From an uncultured Acidobacteriota bacterium (GTDB lineage Bacteria; Acidobacteriota; Thermoanaerobaculia; Multivoradales; UBA5704), in assembly GCA_963770895.1 (NCBI GenBank), contig CAVYRF010000001.1, positions 1-64,000 of the forward strand: a stretch of 64,000 nucleotides of DNA, written 5' to 3'. Made by a program: the position numbers and the translations under genes. Of this stretch, positions 9,145 through 17,375 are shown one piece after another. The first letter of the stretch is position 1; each line of letters starts with the position of its first letter. The notes below the pieces were generated by a model, which saw nothing but the letters and a program-made list of their open reading frames with translations, was not told the DNA's origin and ran no database searches.

Positions 9145-10224
9145 GGCGGGCGCGCCTTCGTCCAGGGCGCGGTCCAGGGCGGCGACGATGTGGGAGACGT
9201 CGGGGCGCGACAGCTTGGCGCCGGGGCCGCGCTGCTCGATCAGGTCCAGGGTGGCCTGCGCGAGGCGGACGGGGAGCGCGGCAAAGGCGACGATGCCGCG
9301 CGGGGCGCCGGCGCGTTGCAGGCTCAGCGTGTAGCGGCCGGCGACCTGGAGGTCGTGGCGCGCCAGGGCGACGATCTCGGCCAGGTCGCTGGCCTGGGGC
9401 AGGAAGCGCCTGCCGTAGGTGGCGTCGGCCAGCGAGTCCTTGATGATGTTGACCAGCTGCAGGGCTTCGCCGAAACGCGCCGAGCGCTCGCGCAGGAAGC
9501 CGCGCACCGGCGCCAGGGCCTTGCGCCCCAGCAGGAACAGCTCGGTGAGCATCTCGCCGACGATGCCGGCGACGACGTAGCAGTAGCCCTTGAGGTCGTC
9601 GAGGTCGGACAGCTGGAGGTGGCCCTGCTCGTTGGCGCGGCCGGTGAAGCGGGCCATGCCCTCGACGGTGCGCCGGGTGTGCTCGGCGATCAGGCGCCGC
9701 GGCCCTTCGCCCAGGCGCCAGAGGGCGCCCAGCACGGCGGGAGCCTTGTGCAGCAGCTCCAGGTAGCCCTGATGCTCGCAGGGGGCCTGGGCGAGCCACT
9801 GCTGCGCCGCGGTGCGCGCCGCCGCCGGGTCGGGGTGTTCGAGCAGGTGGCCGAAGCAGGCCAGCGCCTCCAGCTTCTGGGCGCGGGTCCACAGCTCGGC
9901 GTCTTCGAAGGTGTCGGCGATGCGGAACAGCAGGTAGGCGATCCCGACGTACTGGCTGGTGGGCTCCGGCAGCAGCGGTATGGCCAGAGCAAAGGTGCGG
10001 CTGGTTTTTTCGAGCAGCACGGAGATCTCGGCGGCGCTGGCCCAGGGGGCGGCCTGGGCGGGCTCGCCGGCTTCGTTGGCCTCGGTGGCCGCCCAGGGGT
10101 GCGCTGCCGTCGCGGCCGCGTCCGGCGAGGATGGAGCCGCTGCCGGTGGTGCGGTCGCCGCGAGGCTGGCGGACGCGTGCACGCCGTCCAGCGGCACGGC
10201 GTCGATCTCTTGCGCTTTGCTCAT
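9139..10224 (-). CDS. Squalene/phytoene synthase family protein (single-enzyme squalene synthase type)
   Basis: SRTFALAI, AYLLFRIADTFED, YCYVVAGIVGEML, FGEALQLVNIIKD motifs; last gene of the shc operon. Confidence 0.85.
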   Translation of the reverse strand: MSKAQEIDAVPLDGVHASASLAATAPPAAAPSSPDAAATAAHPWAATEANEAGEPAQAAPWASAAEISVLLEKTSRTFALAIPLLPEPTSQYVGIAYLLFRIADTFEDAELWTRAQKLEALACFGHLLEHPDPAAARTAAQQWLAQAPCEHQGYLELLHKAPAVLGALWRLGEGPRRLIAEHTRRTVEGMARFTGRANEQGHLQLSDLDDLKGYCYVVAGIVGEMLTELFLLGRKALAPVRGFLRERSARFGEALQLVNIIKDSLADATYGRRFLPQASDLAEIVALARHDLQVAGRYTLSLQRAGAPRGIVAFAALPVRLAQATLDLIEQRGPGAKLSRPDVSHIVAALDRALDEGAPAV

Positions 10225-11204
10225 GCTCGTCTCCTGCCGGCCGCGTGCAGCTCGCTCGGCGTGCTCTGATGCAACAGATACGGTTCGGATGATCCTTTGG
10301 GTGCAGCCGCGGCTCCGGCGGCGCCGGAGACCGGCAGCCCAGGCGCCGGCTGCGGCCGCGCGGCGGCGGGCCTGGCGGCGGTCACCGCCGGCATCAGCCG
10401 CTCCGCCACCGCGCCCAGCCGGTCGGCGGCTTCGCGCACCCGGTGGCGCAGGCGCCACAGCTCGCCAAAGACCGCGGGGCGCGCCAGGGCGCGCAGCACC
10501 ACGCGCAGGTTGCTGACGCCGCCGCCGGCACCGGTGCGGCAGGCTTCAAAGTCGAGCGGCAGCGTCTCCTCCGCCGCATCGAGCACGGCGCGGATCACCA
10601 GGTACGGCAGCGCCCGCGCCGCCGCCTGCCGCGCATACGCCGCCGACTCCAGGTCCACGACCACGGCCGCGGCCGGCGCCCCCTGCTCCGGCGTGCCGCC
10701 GCCCGGCGGCGCGCCGGCGGCCTGGCCGAGCTGGTGCAGCGCCTGCTGTTTGGCCGTGGTGTCGACCAGGATGCGCTCGGCCGCGAGGACGGTTCCGGGC
10801 AGCGCGCCGGCGGCGAGCGCCTGGGCGAGCCAGGGGCGGTCGGGCTGGAGGGCTGGCGGTGCGCCGCTTGCCGGCACCACCCGCCGCGCCGCGACCAGCG
10901 CGCCGGCGGGGAGCGCGGGGGTGAGGCCCCCGGCGACCCCTACCACCAGCAGGCGGCGTGGGCGCACGGCGGCGATCAGGGCGGCGAGGCCGGCGGCGGC
11001 GGCTACGGGGCCGTCGCCGGTGGCCGCCACCACCACCTGGACGCCGCCCAGGCTGCCGGCGAGCGGGCGCAGGCGCCGGGCCAGCCGGTGGTCGCGCGCG
11101 AGCGGCAGGCGGCGCGAGTCGGCGAGGCGGGCGCGCACGCCAGCCAGCTCGGCGGTGAGCGGGGCGAGAATCAGGATGGGGCGGGGCGCGGCGGCGGTGC
11201 TCAT
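10221..11204 (-). CDS. hpnG: Hopanoid-associated nucleoside phosphorylase (HpnG-like)
   Basis: PNP/MTA-nucleosidase motifs GVAGGL, VDLESAA, PYLVIRAVLD; overlaps both neighbours in the hopanoid operon. Confidence 0.75.
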   Translation of the reverse strand: MSTAAAPRPILILAPLTAELAGVRARLADSRRLPLARDHRLARRLRPLAGSLGGVQVVVAATGDGPVAAAAGLAALIAAVRPRRLLVVGVAGGLTPALPAGALVAARRVVPASGAPPALQPDRPWLAQALAAGALPGTVLAAERILVDTTAKQQALHQLGQAAGAPPGGGTPEQGAPAAAVVVDLESAAYARQAAARALPYLVIRAVLDAAEETLPLDFEACRTGAGGGVSNLRVVLRALARPAVFGELWRLRHRVREAADRLGAVAERLMPAVTAARPAAARPQPAPGLPVSGAAGAAAAPKGSSEPYLLHQSTPSELHAAGRRRA

Positions 11205-12262
11205 GGCGCGGGCCTGGTCCGCGTCGTGCGGGCGTGCGTCGTCCGCTTGGTCCGCGCCGTCCACTTCGTGGCGTAGCCGTTGGCGGTGAACCAGGCGACG
11301 GCGCGCTCCAGGGCCGGCTCGATGGGGCTTTGCGGCAGGCCCAGCTGGCGCACCGCCTTGGTGGCATCGAAGAACATGCGGTGGCGCGACATGCGCACCG
11401 CGTCGGGGGTGGCGCGCGGCGTGTGGCCGGTGAAGCGGGCGGCGGCGGTGGATACGTAGGCGACGCCGAGCGGCAGCCAGTGGGGCACCCGCACCCTGGG
11501 CGCCGGCAGGCCGGTGAGGAGCGCCAGGCAGTCCAGGATCTCCTTGAGGGTCATGTTGCGGTGGCCCAGGATGTAGCGCTCGCCGGGGCGGCCGTGCTGG
11601 GCGGCCAGCAGGTGCCCCTGGGCGACGTCGCGCACGTCGATCAGGTTGAGGCCGGTATCGACGTAGGCGGGAAACTTGCCGCGCAGAAAATCCACCACCA
11701 TGCGCCCGGTGGGGGTCGGCTTGACGTCGCCTTCACCCACCGGCGTCGAGGGGTTGACGATGACCACCGGCAGACCGCGCGCCGCCCAGGTTTCGGCGAC
11801 GCGCTCGGCTTCGAACTTGCTGCGCTTGTAGGGACCGATCATGGCGGCGGCGGTGACCGGGGTGCCTTCGTCGGCGATGCCGCCCTCGACCAGGCCGAGC
11901 GCGCCGACGGAGCTGGTGTAGACGACGCGCGCGACGCCGGCGGCGGCGCAGGCTTGCAGCAGGTTGTCGGTGCCGGTGACGTTGGAGGCGAACATGTCGC
12001 GCGGGTCGGGCGCGTACAGCCGGTAGTCCGCGGCGCAGTGGTAGACGACGTCGCAGCCGTCGACCGCCGCGCGCAGCGACGCGGCGTCGCGCAGGTCGCC
12101 CACCGCCAGTTCGACCGTCAGGCCGGCGAGCAGATCGACGCGCGCCGCCGCTGCCGCGGTCGCCGGGCGCACCAGGCAGCGCACCTGGGCGCCCTGGGCC
12201 AGCAGGGCGCGTGCCAGGTGGGCGCCGACGAAGCCGGTGGCGCCGGTGACCAGCGCCTTCAT
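11201..12262 (-). CDS. hpnA: Hopanoid-associated sugar epimerase
   Basis: VTGATGFVG, HCAADYRL, YKRSK, VNPSTPVG...DVKPTPTG, PAYVDTGLN. Confidence 0.92.
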   Translation of the reverse strand: MKALVTGATGFVGAHLARALLAQGAQVRCLVRPATAAAAARVDLLAGLTVELAVGDLRDAASLRAAVDGCDVVYHCAADYRLYAPDPRDMFASNVTGTDNLLQACAAAGVARVVYTSSVGALGLVEGGIADEGTPVTAAAMIGPYKRSKFEAERVAETWAARGLPVVIVNPSTPVGEGDVKPTPTGRMVVDFLRGKFPAYVDTGLNLIDVRDVAQGHLLAAQHGRPGERYILGHRNMTLKEILDCLALLTGLPAPRVRVPHWLPLGVAYVSTAAARFTGHTPRATPDAVRMSRHRMFFDATKAVRQLGLPQSPIEPALERAVAWFTANGYATKWTARTKRTTHARTTRTRPAP

Positions 12263-12329
12263 GCGGCGCTCACCCGTGCCGTCCCTTGCGGCACGGACGG
12301 CACGGGTGCCGGCGCAGACCGCCGCGGCA

Positions 12330-13331
12330 TCATCCCATCAGGTTCCAGGCCGCGAGCCGCATCATGTCGCGCGGGCTGTGGCGCGCTTCGGTGATCACCG
12401 AAGCCTCGAAGCCGGAGTGCATGGCGCAGTTCTGGCACAGGCTGTCCTGGCGCGACTCCCAATAGTCCCAATCGGTTTCGTTCCAGAATTCCTGGAAGGT
12501 CTGGCTGAATTTCTTGCCGATCAGGTAGCAGGGCCCCTTCCAGCCGTTGGGCGTGTAGGTGACGGTGCTCCAGGGGGAACAGTGGTAGTCGCGCAGGCCG
12601 GCCGCGAACTCCAGGAACATCGGCGTCGAGGTGAAGCGGTATTTCTGCGACAGGCCGAGCAGCTGCTTGAACTTCTGCTGCATTTCGCCGCGCACCAGGA
12701 ACATGTCGTGCTTGACCGATTCGTATTGATAGCCGGGCGACACCAGGATGCCGTTGATGCCCAGGCCGGTCAGCATCTCGCACAGCTCCTTGACCTCGTC
12801 GACGTCGGTCTCCTTGAACACCGTGGTGTTGGTGATGACGTCGTAGCCCCGGCGCTTGCCCTCTTCGATCATGGCGATCGCTTTGTCGAACACGCCTTTG
12901 CGGGCGCAGACCTTGTCGTGCGTTTCGCGCATGCCGTCGAGGTGGACGTTGATGGTCAGCCGCTTGTGGGGCGGGATGACGCCAAAAACCTTGTCGTCGA
13001 GCAGCAGGGCGTTGGTGCACAGGTAGATGTGGCGGCGCCGTTTGATGATGCCGTCGATCAGCTGCGGCAGCTCGGGGTAGACCGTGGGTTCGCCGCCGCA
13101 GATCGAAACCGCCGGCGCGCCGCTGTCTTCGACCGCCTTGATGCACGCTTCGAGCGGCAGCCGGTCCTTGAGCTTGCCGGTGTGGCGCTCGACGGCGCAG
13201 CCCAGGCAGGCCAGGTTGCAGGTGTACAGCGGCTCCAGCATCAGCACGTAGGGGTATCGTTTGTTGCCGGCGATCGCGTTGCGGATCTGGTGCCGGATCA
13301 TGTCGCTGGTGATGTGAAACCGGAATCTCAT
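12330..13331 (-). CDS. hpnH: Adenosylhopane-forming radical SAM enzyme
   Basis: YPYVLMLEPLYTCNLACLGC (CxxxCxxC), GGEP, CSPWS, CQNCAMHSGFE; overlaps the shc stop. Confidence 0.92.
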   Translation of the reverse strand: MRFRFHITSDMIRHQIRNAIAGNKRYPYVLMLEPLYTCNLACLGCAVERHTGKLKDRLPLEACIKAVEDSGAPAVSICGGEPTVYPELPQLIDGIIKRRRHIYLCTNALLLDDKVFGVIPPHKRLTINVHLDGMRETHDKVCARKGVFDKAIAMIEEGKRRGYDVITNTTVFKETDVDEVKELCEMLTGLGINGILVSPGYQYESVKHDMFLVRGEMQQKFKQLLGLSQKYRFTSTPMFLEFAAGLRDYHCSPWSTVTYTPNGWKGPCYLIGKKFSQTFQEFWNETDWDYWESRQDSLCQNCAMHSGFEASVITEARHSPRDMMRLAAWNLMG

Positions 13332-15553
13332 CGACCTACTCCTTCGACCGCTCCGGTCGTGAGCGGCACCGTGAGCGAGTACGTGTACGGGTTTTGCTGC
13401 GGGTGCACCGCGTCGCGCAGGCGCTGGTATTCGGCCAGCGCCATCAACGGGAAGTACACCGCGTAGAGGTGATAGCGCAGATAGAAGACACGCGGAAATC
13501 CGGTTGCGGTCCAGCCGGCGTCGTACCACGAGCCGTCGTCGCGCTGGCTGCGCAACAGGTGTTCCACGCCGCTTTCGACCGCGGGGTGGTCGACGACGCC
13601 GGCGCCGAACAGCGCCATCAATGCCCAGGCGGTCTGCGCGGCGGTGCTGGGGCCGATCCCCTTCTGGCTGGGGTCGTCGTAGGACAGCGGCGTTTCGCCC
13701 CAGCCGCCGTCGGCGTTTTGATGGGCGAGCAGCCACTGCACCGCCCGCCGGCACCACGGCTCGGCCGAGATGTCGCCGGCGCGCGCCAGGGCGCGCAGCG
13801 CCAGCCACGTGCCGTAGATGTAGTTGCAGCCCCACCGCCCGTACCAGGTGCCGTCGGCTTCCTGCTCGGAGCGCAGGAAGGCGAGCGCCCGCGTCACCTC
13901 CGGCGCGTCGGCACGCAGGCCCAGCCGCAGCAGCGCATCGACGGCGCGGCCGGTGACGTCGGCCGTGCTGGGATCGAGCAGCGCGTTGTGGTCGGCAAAC
14001 GGCACGTGGGTGAGGATCTCCTTGTCGCAGCCGCGGTCGAAGGCGCCCCAGCCGCCGTCTTCGTTCTGCATGGCGAGCAGCCAGTCGCGGCCGCGGCGCA
14101 CGGCGGGCGTCTCTGCGACCGCCGCGGTGCCGTCGGTGGGGGTGGTGGCGGCGAAGGCGGTCAGCACCTCCGCGGTGTCGTCGCAGTCGGGATAGAAGTC
14201 GTTGCGGTATTCGAAGCACCAGCCGCCGGGCGCCGCGCCGGGCGCGTTGACGCTCCAGTCGCCGTCACGGCGGATCTCGTGCTCGACCAGCCAGCGGCGC
14301 GCCGCCCGGATCGCCGGGTCGGTGGCGTCGCAGCCCGCCTCCGCCAGCGCGTGCAGCACCAGCGCCGTGTCCCACACCGGCGAGAAGCAGGGCTGCAGGC
14401 GCAGCGCGCCGTCTTCCTCGATCTCAAGCCGCTCCAGCTCGCGCAGCTGGCCGGCGACCGCCGGGTGGTTCTGGTCGTAGCCCAGGCAGCAGAGCGCGAA
14501 GATGGTGTTGACGATCGGCGGGAAGATGGCGCCCAGCCCGTCGCTGTCTTCCAGCCGGGTGAGGATCCACTCCTCCGCCCGCGCCAGGCTGCGGCGGCGC
14601 AACGGCCGCAGGCGCAGCCGCTCGCCGGCCCTGAGCCCGCGGTCGAGCAGGTGGAAGAGCGCCCGCCAGGCCTGCGACCTGCCCCCCAGCGCGCCGCCGG
14701 GACGGTCTGCCGCGGCGCCGCCGGCGCCGGCGGCCTCGTTGGCGTCGTTGGCGTCGTTGGCGGCGTCGTGGGTGGTGCCGGGGCCGTGGGGGCCTCTGGC
14801 GTCGCCGCCAAAGCCGCCGTCGAGGCGCAGCTCGTCAATGCCCAGGTGAGGTGGGACCGGCCGCACCGGCCGCATCGCCCAGACCACGGAAAGCGGCACG
14901 ACGATGGCGCGCGACCAGGAGGAGATCTCCGCCAGGTTGAAGTAGAGCCAGCGCGGCAGCAGCACCATTTCGGGCGGCACCGCCGGGCAGCGCCACCAGT
15001 CGTACTGGCCGCAGATCGACAGGTACAGCTTGGTGAAGCTGTTGCACGCTTCGATGCCGCCCAGGTCCAGGATGGTCCTGCGGGCCCGCGCCATGTGCGC
15101 CGCCCGCGTGTCGTCGCCCGCCAGCTTGAGGACGAAATAGGCCTTGACCGAGGCGCTCACTTCGGGTGGGCCGCCGGGGTAGATCGCCCAGCCGCCGTGC
15201 TCCTGCTGCTGCCGCCGCACGTAGCGCGCCGCCTTGGCCACCCGCGGGTCGTCCAGCCGGCCCAGGAAGTGGAGCAGCAGCACGTACTCGGTTTCGAGGA
15301 TGGTGTCGCCTTCAAGCTCGCCGCACCAGTGGCCGTCGGCGTCCTGGCGCGCCAGCAGCCAGCCGGCCGCCGCCGCCACCGCTCGCTGCGCCCCTGCCGG
15401 CCGCGGCTGCCGCGCTTCGCGCCGGGCGCCGACCGGCGTCGGACCCAGGTGGTGGGGGATCGCCCCGTCTCGCGGTTTGGCGGCAGGAGCGGCGAGGCCA
15501 GCACCGGCGGCAGGGGCGGAATTGGTCGAAGAGGGCTTGGTCGCGATATCCAT
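13328..15553 (-). CDS. shc: Squalene-hopene cyclase
   Basis: GHWCGELEGD, QPCFSPVWDTA, catalytic YPDCDDTA (DXDD), QW repeats (QNEDGGW, QEADGTW, QNADGGW), TATGFPRVFYLRY; start at 15553 rather than 17587. Confidence 0.95.
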   Translation of the reverse strand: MDIATKPSSTNSAPAAGAGLAAPAAKPRDGAIPHHLGPTPVGARREARQPRPAGAQRAVAAAAGWLLARQDADGHWCGELEGDTILETEYVLLLHFLGRLDDPRVAKAARYVRRQQQEHGGWAIYPGGPPEVSASVKAYFVLKLAGDDTRAAHMARARRTILDLGGIEACNSFTKLYLSICGQYDWWRCPAVPPEMVLLPRWLYFNLAEISSWSRAIVVPLSVVWAMRPVRPVPPHLGIDELRLDGGFGGDARGPHGPGTTHDAANDANDANEAAGAGGAAADRPGGALGGRSQAWRALFHLLDRGLRAGERLRLRPLRRRSLARAEEWILTRLEDSDGLGAIFPPIVNTIFALCCLGYDQNHPAVAGQLRELERLEIEEDGALRLQPCFSPVWDTALVLHALAEAGCDATDPAIRAARRWLVEHEIRRDGDWSVNAPGAAPGGWCFEYRNDFYPDCDDTAEVLTAFAATTPTDGTAAVAETPAVRRGRDWLLAMQNEDGGWGAFDRGCDKEILTHVPFADHNALLDPSTADVTGRAVDALLRLGLRADAPEVTRALAFLRSEQEADGTWYGRWGCNYIYGTWLALRALARAGDISAEPWCRRAVQWLLAHQNADGGWGETPLSYDDPSQKGIGPSTAAQTAWALMALFGAGVVDHPAVESGVEHLLRSQRDDGSWYDAGWTATGFPRVFYLRYHLYAVYFPLMALAEYQRLRDAVHPQQNPYTYSLTVPLTTGAVEGVGR

Positions 15554-15859
15554 AACTGTCCCAAAGGCCGGCCGCCTCAATGCGGCACAAACCTCAATGG
15601 GATTAGCGTAAAAAAGCTGCCGAGTTGATCGTCGAAGGCGCCGGGAGCTGCAGTTCGACCGCCCCAACAACGTCCTATACAGCGTATACCATGAACTGCC
15701 GTCCGGTCCAGCGCCTGGTGGCAGCGAGAGCGGGGCTTGGCGGGCGCTCCCGGCAGCTCCCCTGCCCGAGCTGCAGGCCCGGCCGCCGCGGCGGGGCGCG
15801 GGTGGCGGCGCGCGGTTGCATGGTAGCCTGATCCCAAACGCTTCGGCGGGAGGAAGATC

Positions 15860-17338
15860 TTGACGATCGGCAAGGCGACGGTGGCTGTGGCGATGCTGAC
15901 GGCCGGCGGCGCGCTGGCCGGCTGGCTGGCGCTGGCGGCGGGCGGCGAGCGGGCGGCGGCGGCACAGCCGGGCGCGGCCATGCCGCGGGCTGGCGCGGCC
16001 GGAGCGCAGGCTGGCGCGCCTGGGGCGCAGGGCGGTGCGGCGGCGGCCTCCGGTGCCGCCGCGGCGCCGGCGCTGCTGCTGGCGGGGGCGGCGGTGCTGG
16101 ACCAGGATGGGGAGCGGTTGCTGCCGGCGCGCGACGTGCTGGTCGCAAACGGCAGGATCGTGGCGATCGGGCCGGCCGGGACGGTGGCGCCCGGCGGCGG
16201 CGCGGCCGGCGGGGTGCCGCCGGTGCGGGTGGACCTGGCGGGCAAGGTCCTGGTGCCGGGGCTGATCGATCTGCATACGCACCTGCTGCTGCACGCCTAC
16301 GACGAGACGCCGTGGAACGACCAGGTGCTCAAGGAGTCGCTCGAGCTGCGCACGCTGCGGGCGGTGGGGGCGGCGCGCGCGACGCTCGCGGCGGGATTCA
16401 CCACGGTGCGCGAGCTGGGCACCGAGGGGGCGGGATTTGCCGACGTGGCGCTGCGCGACGCGGTGGCCAGGGGGTGGATCGCCGGGCCGCGCATCTTCGC
16501 GGCGACGCGGGCGATCGTCGCCACGGCCAGCTACGGGCCGTCCGGCTTCGATCCGCGCTGGGACGTGCCGAAGGGTGCGCAGGAGGCGACCGGCGCGGAC
16601 GAGGTGCGGCGGGCGGTGCGCCAGCAGATCGCCGCCGGCGCCGACTGGATCAAGGTGTACGCCGACTACCGGCGGCGGCCGGGAGCGCCCTCGACGCCGA
16701 CCTTTTCGCTGGAGGAGCTGACGGCGGCGGTGGACGAAGCGCGCAGCGCCGGCCTGCCGGTGGCGGCGCACGCTTCGACCGACGAGGGGGTGCGCCGGGC
16801 GGTGCTGGCCGGGGTGACCACCATCGAGCACGGCACCGGCGCCGGCGCCCAGGTGCTGGCGCTGATGCGGCAGCGCGGCACCGTGCTGTGCCCGACCCTT
16901 GCCGCCTACGAGGCGACGTCGCGCTACGCCGGCTGGCGTCCGGGGGAGCAGCCCGAGCCGGCGGCGGTGCGCGACTCGCGCGCCATGCTGGGGCGGGCGC
17001 TGGCGGCGGGTGTGACCATCGCCAACGGCAGCGACGCCGGCGTCTTCTCCCACGGCCAGAACGCGCGCGAGATCGAGCTGCTGGTGGCCTACGGCATGCG
17101 CCCCGCCGCCGCGCTGCGCGCCGCCACGGCGACGGCGGCGGCGGTTTTGGGCCGCGGCGGCGACCTGGGCCGCATCGCTCCCGGCTACACCGCCGACCTG
17201 GTGGCGCTGGACGGCGACCCGCTGGCCGACATCGCCGCCCTGCGCCGGGTGGTCCTGGTGGTGAAGGAGGGCGTGCTCGTCTCCCCGGCGCCGCAAGCGC
17301 CGCCCGCGCGCGCCGCGGCGGCGGCCGCGGGCAGGTGA
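15860..17338 (+). CDS. Metal-dependent amidohydrolase (Xaa-Pro dipeptidase-like), probably exported
   Basis: PGLIDLHTH, GFTTVRELG, GADWIKVY, TIEHG, GSDAG, IAPGYTADLV; hydrophobic N-terminus. Confidence 0.9.
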   Translation: MTIGKATVAVAMLTAGGALAGWLALAAGGERAAAAQPGAAMPRAGAAGAQAGAPGAQGGAAAASGAAAAPALLLAGAAVLDQDGERLLPARDVLVANGRIVAIGPAGTVAPGGGAAGGVPPVRVDLAGKVLVPGLIDLHTHLLLHAYDETPWNDQVLKESLELRTLRAVGAARATLAAGFTTVRELGTEGAGFADVALRDAVARGWIAGPRIFAATRAIVATASYGPSGFDPRWDVPKGAQEATGADEVRRAVRQQIAAGADWIKVYADYRRRPGAPSTPTFSLEELTAAVDEARSAGLPVAAHASTDEGVRRAVLAGVTTIEHGTGAGAQVLALMRQRGTVLCPTLAAYEATSRYAGWRPGEQPEPAAVRDSRAMLGRALAAGVTIANGSDAGVFSHGQNAREIELLVAYGMRPAAALRAATATAAAVLGRGGDLGRIAPGYTADLVALDGDPLADIAALRRVVLVVKEGVLVSPAPQAPPARAAAAAAGR

Positions 17339-17375
17339 GGCGCGGCGCCACGAGGCGCTGACGGAGGGCGGCCCG

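Noticed and set aside
12330-13331. Radical SAM enzyme as maturase of the Cys-rich peptide
   Set aside because: Sequence and operon context identify it as HpnH; no RRE or PqqD-like domain seen
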